Source of the DNA: Fistulifera solaris
Taxonomy: Eukaryota
Length of the DNA: 64,000 nucleotides
NCBI GenBank assembly: GCA_030295235.1
Contig: AP026123.1
Coordinates: 1,984,001 to 2,048,000 of the forward strand
Direction: 5' to 3'
Part shown: positions 1 through 9,857 of the stretch, in pieces
How the letters are laid out: each line of letters opens with the position of its first letter
How positions within the stretch are numbered: position 1 is the stretch's first letter
Notes under the pieces: model-generated
What the model was told of the DNA's origin: nothing
The model's input: the letters and a program-made list of their open reading frames with translations, nothing else
Database searches by the model: none
Program-made: the position numbers and the translations under genes

Positions 1-160
1 AATTTATGAGAAGGCCAATCGATACAACAATCAAAGACTAAGCATCGGTTGTCCTGATACAGTAATGATAACGTTATCAAAGAAAGGTTTAAAAAAGCAG
101 TTTTTTATTCAAAGAATGCAAGTAGGTCTTGTATGCTAGATTGGTTCTAATTTACAGTTC

Positions 161-1273
161 TCACTGTTTGTATTCTCCTCTCCATCCGGGTGAAATCCAA
201 TCGATGACGCCACCTTCTCCGATAACTAGATCCAACCAGTCAGAGGCAGAGGTGCCCGTTCCAGCTTGCGCATCGTTAAGAGGATTACCGACGGGACAAG
301 TATTGTCAATGCGTGTAAATTGACCAAAGTCCAATCCGGCTTTGGCAGCCGCCTCCCGCACAGCCGGAACGGCAGCAGCCGGTAATATAGGTTCTTTGGC
401 GTAGACAAAAGCACCTTCGTAATTTCCTTGTAATGTATGACCTTTGTAAGCGACTAACTTGAAAGGCGGGACATCTTTGCTTCCATCCGACTCTCCCAGA
501 ATATACCAGTTTTCACTAAAGGAAAGACCGTACATTTTCCCTTCCGTGTGCATGGTAGGTGCGTCTTTCGACTTGGTGTCCTCCAAAACCATATGCTCGG
601 TCAACGAGTTTTCCCAAAACCCTCCTTCCGGCCGTCGGACGCGGAAGAAAATTCCCATACCTAGTTCTTTGTCATTGACTCTCTCAAACGTGTTGGTTTG
701 ACAGTCAAACAAATCGTAATTCGGATTCAACCCATCCGTTTTGTACCACGATCCCACCAGTGACCTCGGATCAAATGTTTCCACTTTGTATGGAAATCCC
801 ACTGTTTCAGCCGAATTGTCGACATTTTTCGGCACTTTGACACATTCGTTTTCTTCGATCGTACACGACAGCCAGTCGTTCAGTGCCTCGGAACCAAATT
901 CGGCAAAACATTGTGTTGCACAAGCCTGTTCGCCTTTACAGCGTCCCAGGCACGTGACACCTTTGATTCCTCGAGGATTCTGAAAGAGAGCCTTCGTTTG
1001 ATCGCCACATTTTTGGACGAAACAAGACACATCGGATTTTTCCATTTGATTTTCTTTGGCGTACTCGGCAAAGCCGTCGTATGCAACAGACGGTGATGAT
1101 GTGACGAGAGCAAAGGCCAGTGCGATGGAAGCAGCCGTTGGTTGCCAACTATTTCTTTGTGCTTCGAGCTGTGTGCCGATGTGTCGCGTAGGTTTTGGGT
1201 GGTTCCGAGGAGCGAACGACTCCACAGAGTAGTGATGCAGTGCGAGTATCCCAAAAACAAGTAGCGATTTCAT
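161..1273 (-). CDS. VDL: Violaxanthin de-epoxidase-like protein (VDL; probably VDL1-type), plastid-targeted
   Basis: Intact 370-aa ORF. Signal peptide + VES-FAP bipartite plastid motif. Cys-rich VDE N-domain (CFVQKC...CLGRCKGEQACATQCFAEF...CTIEENECV) followed by the VDE lipocalin core (GSWYKTDGLNPNYDLFDCQ; ENWYIL; NYEGAFVYAK). Lacks the Glu-rich tail of true VDE. VDL1 vs VDL2 is from memory, not tested. Confidence 0.88.
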   Translation of the reverse strand: MKSLLVFGILALHHYSVESFAPRNHPKPTRHIGTQLEAQRNSWQPTAASIALAFALVTSSPSVAYDGFAEYAKENQMEKSDVSCFVQKCGDQTKALFQNPRGIKGVTCLGRCKGEQACATQCFAEFGSEALNDWLSCTIEENECVKVPKNVDNSAETVGFPYKVETFDPRSLVGSWYKTDGLNPNYDLFDCQTNTFERVNDKELGMGIFFRVRRPEGGFWENSLTEHMVLEDTKSKDAPTMHTEGKMYGLSFSENWYILGESDGSKDVPPFKLVAYKGHTLQGNYEGAFVYAKEPILPAAAVPAVREAAAKAGLDFGQFTRIDNTCPVGNPLNDAQAGTGTSASDWLDLVIGEGGVIDWISPGWRGEYKQ

Positions 1274-1720
1274 TTTAATGAGTCCAATAAAGACTGAATG
1301 CTGGTGTCTTTGTAAAGGTATGTTCCAGGATAAGTTGTTATTGATATTTCACTTTGACGCTTTGACGGGGCTCCTTGAAGATCGGTGCAATAGGTTTCTT
1401 CGTCGTCCCTTTTCGTTTCATTTTTTTTCAGTCGCGATGAATTCGTGACCCAATCTCTCGCAACGGCACATAGTACACTGCAATAAGGTGTAGAGTTTGA
1501 ATGCAACGTTTTGTGGCGTTGGTACGTCGTACGGTCGTGCGTCATTCAAGTTGACGAAGGTCGGACGCCCAAACGTCACCGTGAAACGACGTAGCACAAA
1601 AATTGGACATCAACGACATCGGCGCGAAAGATCCACAACGACACTTGCATCCATAACAATTCTTTTCACTATTCTGAATCCTTGCGACTCAATTATCAGT
1701 TTCTTGGTTGCTAGAGTCCG
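1274..1720. promoter_or_regulatory. Putative bidirectional promoter between VDL and the RCCR-like gene
   Basis: 447 bp between two divergent ATGs (1273 minus, 1721 plus). Contains several TGACG/ACGT cores, including ACGTCA at 1573-1578. Confidence 0.5.
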
Positions 1721-2594
1721 ATGAGAGTCTCGTCCGCACTTCTCGTGGCACTGGCAGGGTGTCCGTTGGGGCTGCCTTTGCGCCCCCTCTCATCTCCACA
1801 TCATCGTCTCGTTCCACATCGTCTCACTGCATGAGTCTGCGTCCCGTTTACGATGAACTATGTCAGAAAGTAGGATCCCAATTTGATCTCAAATACACTG
1901 ATTTCACGAATGTCATTGGAGGACAGTCTTGGCAATGCCCGACAGCTTCCGGAACAGCGGAATGGCTGGATGAATCGAGTCCTCGATTTTTGACGGGCGT
2001 CTCCTTTTGACACGCGAAAACGACCCCGCCGTAGGATTGGTGGAAGAATTGACGATCAATGTCTGGATGGGTCCCAGTTACGATACGCCCCACATGCTAT
2101 TGACGTTCGGAGAAGCCGGAGACGGGCAATATTACGTCACAGCGGATTACGTTCCCCGCGGACCCAATGTGTTGGGCAGCGATCCGCAGTATTTGGACAT
2201 GTACTATGGACCAGATGTTCAGCGGGCGTGGTCGGATGCCTATCCGCCTCCGGGACAAGCGAGTGATTCCTTTCCGCTGCGACCGGCGTACGAGTTCGAG
2301 GCGCGTTTGTTGGATTCGCCGTGCCGTATTTCGGTAGTAGGAATGGATGCTTCGAAAGCTTCGGCACTCGCAACTCAGCATGTAGAGCGATTCCTGGCGT
2401 GGGTGGACCAGGCGGAACCTATACCAGCACGATCTCGTGGTGCCTTTAACATGCGAGATGATAAATTGCGTCAGTACTTTTTTCGCGCGCAATTTCAACT
2501 GCAAGCACGCTTGCTGGGTGAAGAAGTGGGATCTGTCGTTGCGGCGGCCAACACTGGACCTACAGCGGAAGCTTATGTAGGCGGGGGAAGCTAA
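1721..2594 (+). CDS. Red chlorophyll catabolite reductase-like protein (ferredoxin-dependent bilin reductase fold), plastid-targeted; two apparent homopolymer frameshifts
   Basis: ATG 1721 gives MRVSSALLVALAG; adding one G at ~1757-1759 joins it to VSVGAA-FAP (bipartite plastid presequence). Adding one T at ~2005-2008 joins GVSF to LTREND. Core INVWMGPSYDTPHMLL...ADYVPRG...DPQYLDMYYG...NMRDDKLR resembles RCCR-family motifs. Confidence 0.65.
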
Positions 2595-3118
2595 ATTATG
2601 TGAAGCAGCTAAGGAATAAACTCCAGCGATTGTAGTTACTGATTGATCATGACTCTCGCGACCTACGCGCTTATTTTATGTAGTGATTCTTCTCACACCA
2701 ATTATTATCTGCAATATCGAGAATTGGCTCAAGGCGTGACGAAAACTGGCTAGACGCCAAACGCGAGCTTCGAGACATTAGCCTTCCTGTGTCGCAGCGA
2801 CATGACATTTCGCTATAAAAAATACCGTACTGTAAATCTAGAACCTCGGAGCCGTTGTAGGATCAATTTCTGATAGATGAGTGTACAACGCTCCCCGCTG
2901 AATCGTGTTAATTGTAGAATACTTTTAAAATGTTAGATTGTACATAGATAATACGGGCCATCGCTCACGCCAACCACGCCGCCGACGTTCCTCCATCCTT
3001 GGCGGCAGCAACCACAACAAAATCCAAAGCCGAACAATCATCTGTGATGTCGTCTGTTTCATCGTATATCATGGTCATTCTCTGAACGTATCCTGCTTGG
3101 ACTTAACGACGCAGAAAT

Positions 3119-6100
3119 ATGGAAACCGATCAATCGGGGGGATCAAGGGGACAATTTTCGGCAACAACTGCAACATTTCGATGACCTGCTGGAGGAACAA
3201 CAGAGTGCTTTGCGCGATTTGTTGGCTTCACCGCTCGGCACCAAAGATGAAGATGACGATTTAGCGGACGAGCTGGAAGATCTGGCGCGATCGGAAGAAC
3301 TGTTACGTCAAGAACTGACCAAGCTGCCGAATAAGGCCGATCCTGTCGAGCCAAGCAATTCACAACCAATCCGGTCACAATTTCCAGAGATCAGCCATCG
3401 ACCACTTGATGTCAAGGAAACGAATGCAGCAATACCGAAACAAAACACCGGTTCGAGTTATGAAGAACACGGAATCATCTTTTACCGAGACAACTGGGAT
3501 GACGAGTTATTCAGGTATATTAAGGGAAATGATCATCATGATGGTGATTATGACAATGTTGAGGAATTGACATGGAACGTTGGTAATTTTGTTTCTGGGC
3601 CTGGTAAAGGTAGCCCCGACAAGAGTTTAGCGGAGTTGGATATGATGTTGTCATTTGATCAACCCACTTTGTCCATTACGGACGAGGAGCATGGACGAGT
3701 CGAAAAGAGACAGAAGAGGAGACAAATAACTAGTGATGTCGAAGAGGCTGCGATAATTCCTCTCTCGGCTACAATTTACCAGTCAACGGCGGGTCCGACA
3801 GTGACACCTCAAAAAGAACTGCAGGATCTAAACGTGAACAATGAACTTTCATTTACGAAACCATTTCTTGCGAAGACGCCATCACCCTCAAAAGAATCTT
3901 CCATGTCCATCACACCACAATCCACTGATGCACCGACGCCAACGAGAGCGCCTTCTCCGCTTAAAAACAAAGTAGCGAAGCTCTGGTTTGGCAAACCCGC
4001 TGCCAAGAAAGACCATTTTCCGTCACCAGCTTCTATGAGTGGAAAGAGGCCCTGGTTTTCGAGAACACCGCCGCCTGCGGCTGCAAAGTCGGGAGAGCGT
4101 GCCGCGTTGCCGCCCGCCAAAACTCCACCATACAATGCGAGCTCGAGAGTTCGCCTTCCACAAGATCCAGCTTATTCTGTTGAAAGAATATCAACAAACT
4201 CAGAATCGCCATCTACTCCAACGCTTGTTAGTATTCTTCAAGATACGATGGCCTTTAATCCCTTGGAAGAGCACCATGAGCAGGTGCTTGGGTCCTTAAT
4301 GCTTAGTCCAGAAAACATCGTCTTCGAGTCGTCCTCAGATGACGATACATACGACAAATCAATAGAGCATGCCAGGAAAAACTTAGATTATGCTCTTGAG
4401 GGCAAACTTGCTGCTGAGGAGGGGGCTTCGAGCCTCGCTGCTGGGTCTTTTCCAGATGAATCAGAAATATCTCCTGCCCTGGCTGGACATCCTGGTCATG
4501 TTCGAAGGCCAAGTTTGGGGGATCGAGAACCACCGCAACGCTGGTCTCCGGCAAGCTCATCGGGTGGATCGAGAAGTGCTAGTTCAAATGGAGTGAAATG
4601 GAATAATCCCGAAATTGATTATGCGCGTGCTACACCCAAGGATTTGTATCCAGAGTTTCATTTTTATGCGCTCAAATCAGAGGACACAGCAAGGGTCCCT
4701 TCTTCTGGCGTGGAGCAATTACAACCGGAGAACGCGTTAAATTTATCTCCGGTTCGTTCCCTAAACACATCATCGGATAGTGCTTCTTTTGAATCGGCTC
4801 TAGAAGTCCCAGCTACGAGTGCGTCGATTGGGACATCGTCTGGTAATGACGCACTTTCGAGTAATGAGGCTCGCTCTTTAAAAAGCGTTGAAGAGCCATT
4901 TACTAAAGGCTCTTCTACTGCGTCCCAATCATTTGTTACGGCCATGGACGATATTCCATTCTCCGGTAGTGTCTCCGTGAAAACAATATCTTCTGGTGAT
5001 GCGTCACACATTACTTACGCAACTGCACGAGAACAAGAGGAAGAAAGTTCCTCGCTCGTAAATGGTCGGATAACTTCCGGAGACAGTCTAGATGATGGTC
5101 TGAGTAATATGGAAGCTGGAAATGCAACGGTAGAGACAGTAGCTGCTCCGGCTAAGGATTTAACGACCTACCGTAACAGCGACAGCGACTCAGAGACCTC
5201 GCAGTCTAGAACTTCTCGTGAACAAACCTCCTCTTGCTTGCATGCAGTCAAACAGGGCATAGCGAGTCCACTCCCGATTCTTCTAATGCTTGTGATCTTG
5301 ATGGCTGCTGTTGGAATATCCATACGCTTGATTATTGAGTCGTCGAGGAATGAAAACGCTACTATATTAGTACCAGAGGAAAACTTTTCTATGCCCTCGT
5401 TGAGTCCTAGTACGGACCAACTATCATCTGAGCCACTCTTTCCAACATCGAAACCGACAATGACGCCAAATATCCCCTCTCGTGCACCAAGTATAACTCC
5501 GTCTGAACCTGTACCTTTTTTAGGTCCTACGTTGACACCAACTCTAGCGACGACTCTAAGCACCGCACCGTCGACGACCCCCACTGCTCAGTCCACTGTT
5601 CCTTCAATAATACGATCAACATCGGCGTCTCCTACGGGAGAAACGCTTCTTCCTACTCGCTCAACGACATCTGCGGCTCCTTCGGATGTTCGATCGGACT
5701 TGTTCAAGTTGCTTAGTTCTGTGTCGTTTGACGCCGGCGTTGCGCTGCGGAATGCAAGCACTCCACAATATGCTGCCTATACGTGGCTATCAGGGGACGA
5801 ATCATTGCCTAATTACTCTGATGATCGATTGATTCAGCGATACGCCTTAGCAACAATTTACTTTAGCACCGATGGTGATGGTTGGGCCCGGAAAACAGGG
5901 TGGTTGGGCGATGGTTATGAGTGCAAATGGTACATGCGGTCTAGCATCGGTTCTTGCGATTTGGTAGGCCGTATCGTGTCACTGAATTTAGATTTCAACG
6001 ACATTGGCGGTACTATTCCTCCAGAGATAGGGCTATTGGCACATTTGAAACAACTGGATCTGGGTGGTGGCCCGGGTCGGCAACTATCTGGCTCTTTGCC

Positions 6101-6974
6101 AAAAGAAGTTGGTCAACTGAAGATGCTCAAGAGACTCGTTCTTACCGGCAATCGATTGACGGGAACGATACCAACAGAAATAGGCTCACTTTTGGATGTT
6201 GAAGAGATTCGGATAAACGGAAACCTTCTCCGGGGTACTGTTCCGACAGAAATCAGCAACTTGCGCAACGTCAGAATAATTGATTTGAGCGATAACAAAT
6301 TGACGGGAAGTATTGCATCTAGTGTTCGAAACTTGACTGGTTTACAGTCGCTTCTTCTAGATAACAATACTTTCGTAGGAGAACTCCCAAGCGAGATAGG
6401 CAACTTACTCGGCCTTCAAACGCTGAGTTTGGCTGGCAACCGGATCTCTGGAATACCGAAAGAGATTGGCTCTCTGGTAAACTTGACATCTTTTCATTTG
6501 GACCGCAATGAAGTATCGTCAAGCTTGCCGTCAACTCTGCAGCAGCTTACGAATCTTCGGTATCTTACGCTGTCGCAAAACAAGTTCAATTCTACCATCC
6601 CTTCCACGTTGGGGTCTTTGATAAATCTCAACGAATTGGACTTGTCTCTAAACCGGTTCACTGGAACCATACCAGGTGAAATTGGCGAAATCAATAGTCG
6701 CTTGCGTGTGCTGAAGTTAAATGGCAACAAGCTGACCGGTTCCATCCCCGACAAATTCAGCCATCTCGATCGGATCAACATGCTTGCACTCCATGATAAT
6801 TTGCTGATTGGTGCGGTACCATACACAGTTTGCCGTGTTTTTGAATGGATCATCCCTTCCTTCAGTGTCGATTGTAACGAAGTGGATTGTCCCTGCTGTA
6901 CTTTTTGCTGCGATGAACAAAGTGGGTGCACATGTCAGTACAAAGATACGGAAGAAGAATGGCGATGTTACTAA
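3119..6974 (+). CDS. Type II single-pass membrane leucine-rich-repeat protein (diatom LRR family)
   Basis: Long disordered N-terminus, one TM helix (LPILLMLVILMAAVGISI), P/T/S stalk, cap PQYAAYTWL...QRYALATIYFST, about 12 plant-type LRRs (LxLxxNxLtGxIPxei) and C-terminal VDCNEVDCPCCTFCC. True start is probably ATG 3119 (METDQSG) with one extra G in the G6 run at 3136-3141. Confidence 0.85.
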
Positions 6975-7267
6975 TAGATACAAGTTCCATCTCATCAGGA
7001 TACACCTCAGGTAGAGGACCGCCTCTCCATTTGCGTCAATCTCTCGTTATTCGGAAGAAGACAATGTTGAACACTTTTTGGTTAACGAGTTCTTAGACCC
7101 AGGACCTAAACTCTGACACCCCGCGAATCAGGAAGTCAGCAGTCAGCACCCCGTAAAACAGAAACGCAGTGAAACTGCGACGAGTGAGTCGTCGTCGAGC
7201 GTGGGAGCAGTGCGGTAAATTATGATTGCTTGTAACATAGAAGAATTCTAGTTATTTAGCTGCCTTG

Positions 7268-8432
7268 TTACAGCATGTTAAAGATATATCCAACTGCAAG
7301 TTTGCCCGAACGAGAAGCCATGGCAATGTTCCGATTGAGTATAAGCAACTGCTCAAGCCAAGTATAGTCAAATATCGAAAGTTCGTACACATTGGATCCC
7401 AAAGCCTCTTCGCCAGAATAATGCTCCCTCACGGAGCCTTGAGCAACAAAGAAATACAGTAACTTGTCAACGGTTTGTAACAAAAGAGAACGAAAAGCGA
7501 TGGGACGAATTTCAAGAAACGGATCCAACAAATTCTTGAGTTGGAACATCCTCTGTCGGCAGTCCGCTCCATTCTTCCCCGAAGAGTGACTCCTCTGTCC
7601 CTCGTTGTTTCGAAATCGTGACGCGTCCAAAAGCTCATGATGGCTTCTACCGCAGAAGAAATCGATGAACCCAAAGTTGTCGCTAATGCCGGGCTACAGG
7701 TCAAATTGCTCACGAAGGGCCCACTCTTCCACACTTTGGAGGCGACGTTCGTCGGTAATGTGTATGCCATTGAAACATCCCGCGCTGTGGAGGAACTTCG
7801 TCAGACTACCCGACAAATGACCACAGGGGGGAAATGTTGGGCAAGATCACTCGCAGTACCAACCAGTCGGTGGATGCTCCGGTGGTGCGAGATACAATCA
7901 GGGGAAGCACAAAACATGCCACAACTCTGCTTACATTGCAAAGGGATAGAACAACGGTGGAACCTCAACCATTTTGAACAAAAAACGAGATTGTGAGCTG
8001 CTGGTCACGTCTAGCATCAGCATGTGAAACAGAACTCCCGAAACGCCGACCGAGTGTTGCAAATACAGATCTTTGCTACTGATTGCCAAAAACAGCAAGG
8101 ATATTCCGAAATAAACCATGGACACCAAAACAACCGACAGAAAGTTCCCACTCGATTCTCGATCGCGGAGCCAAAGCGGAACGCGTATGCAGCGCAATGT
8201 GCGAAAAGTTCGCTTGGAAGAATGCGTGTGTTCGGATGCGATCGACCTCCCCGTGGTTCACAATCCGTTGGGGACCAAGGTTTGCAGCGGTATATCCAAG
8301 ACGGTTTGGCAGCCGTACACGACGACGCTATCACTGTCCACGTAAAGGGTGGTATTTCTTCATTCAATCGCGACATGATGACAATGATTGTACGGTTGAC
8401 CGGCTGGACACCTCACTTTGTTTTGCGGCCAT
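7268..8432 (-). pseudogene. Decayed rhomboid-like intramembrane protease (RHBDD1/RBL type)
   Basis: Fragments in several frames: IPPFTWTVI; RIRTHAFFQANFSHIA; FGSAIENRVG; HSVGVSGVLF (catalytic GxSG); then, after a gtaagc donor near 7935, VILPNIS..GHLSG (catalytic His). The expected acceptor reads TGG rather than TAG, there are several frameshifts, and an in-frame stop follows. Boundaries approximate. Confidence 0.6.
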
Positions 8433-9246
8433 GGTCATGACAAGGGCCGCTTCCAAACCATCTCTACCCGGCGTCGTACGAATTGGAAAAGGGTCACATT
8501 TGCGATTTTCATTCTCGGTATGGCTCATACACCAACCGTCCAGATGGAAATGATGGGGATCCAAGAGGCGGAACAGTGGAACGATCGCTGGGTGGTCGTG
8601 ATCCGTGCCAACATTCTCCCGACACGCATGATTTCGGTGGCGGTGGTCCTATTGCGGACAAGCTACGACTTGAACAAGGCAATCTTTGGAAAGATAGAAG
8701 TGATCGTTGCCAGTTCTGTGCTTGGTTCGGTGGTGCCCGAATCGTCGGGCGTGCCACCATGACAGATCTGAGTCGTCGCCGGTTGGAACCAAACGGATAC
8801 TTTAACAACAAGCCAACGACCATTGAAAATTCGGATGCCTTTTCGTGTGCCTAAGCGTTACCACAAAGGGTGGCCAAATTCGCATGATGGACCACTCCTG
8901 GCAATGGCTCGAAAACCTTGATGGTCAAGGTGATGAATCATGATAGTTTAATGATTGCTTTGTAGCAAATATGAAGCGTTCGTTGTATGGAGTATCCTCT
9001 TGGAGCACCTTGGAGCACCTTGGATTGCGTTGCAACACGCAACTCGCGCGATCAACAAAAAACCTCTGGGAATCGGACCGGTACCGGCACTCGTCCCCAC
9101 TTCTTGGATCCGCTTTCTTGGATCCGCGGATCCGGCGCGCACTTGGACCATGAACAGAACCAAACGAACGATCCGGTGCCATTCACCTTGATCATTTACT
9201 CTAACTTGTAACACCATTGTAGTTAGTTTGTTTGCTTTTTTCGTTC

Positions 9247-9735
9247 ATGCGATTGGGTCGACTTCCAGTGATCCTTCAAGCGGCGTTCGCGAGCAATATG
9301 ACGTTCCAGAATTCGGATGTCACCATTCGCAAAATTCTCACACAAACCAAAACGATTGCTTTGGTGGGGGCGTCGCCAAAACCAGAACGTCCCAGCCACG
9401 AAGTCATGGGTATCCTGTTACAAGCCGGCTATAACGTGATTCCGGTCAATCCGGGTCAAGCCGGAAAGGAAATTTGGGGACAAAAAGTGTTTGCGACGTT
9501 GCAGGATATTTCGGAACAAATTGACATGGTGGATATTTTTCGTCGCAGCGAAGATGCCGGTGCGGTGGTGGATGAAGCGATTGCGTTGGGTGCCAAGAGT
9601 GTCTGGCTGCAAATCGGAGTCATTGACGAAGCGGCGGCAGCTCGCGCCGCGTCGGCTGGATTGCTGGTGGCGATGAACAAATGCCCGGCGATTGAATTGC
9701 CTCGACTCGGGCTCTCGAATGTTCGTCATGATTGA
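9247..9735 (+). CDS. CoA-binding protein, YccU family
   Basis: [38 protein letters not shown] and MNKCP motifs are characteristic of the YccU/CoA_binding_2 family. Intronless. Start at ATG 9247 or 9298. Confidence 0.88.
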   Translation: MRLGRLPVILQAAFASNMTFQNSDVTIRKILTQTKTIALVGASPKPERPSHEVMGILLQAGYNVIPVNPGQAGKEIWGQKVFATLQDISEQIDMVDIFRRSEDAGAVVDEAIALGAKSVWLQIGVIDEAAAARAASAGLLVAMNKCPAIELPRLGLSNVRHD

Positions 9736-9857
9736 TGATCAGTTCCGAAAACATGAACACAAAATAACAACAGTCGGGAATTGATGCCGGTATGTCGGCT
9801 ATCTATAAATTATTGTTTAGTTTCACTCATTATTGCACCAACGATACGCCAGAGGCG

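Noticed and set aside
7165..7195. Two adjacent small hairpins (CGCAG-TGAAA-CTGCG; CGACGA-GTGAG-TCGTCG)
   Set aside because: Too short, with no hammerhead core, snoRNA boxes or tRNA arms recognisable. Compatible with chance.
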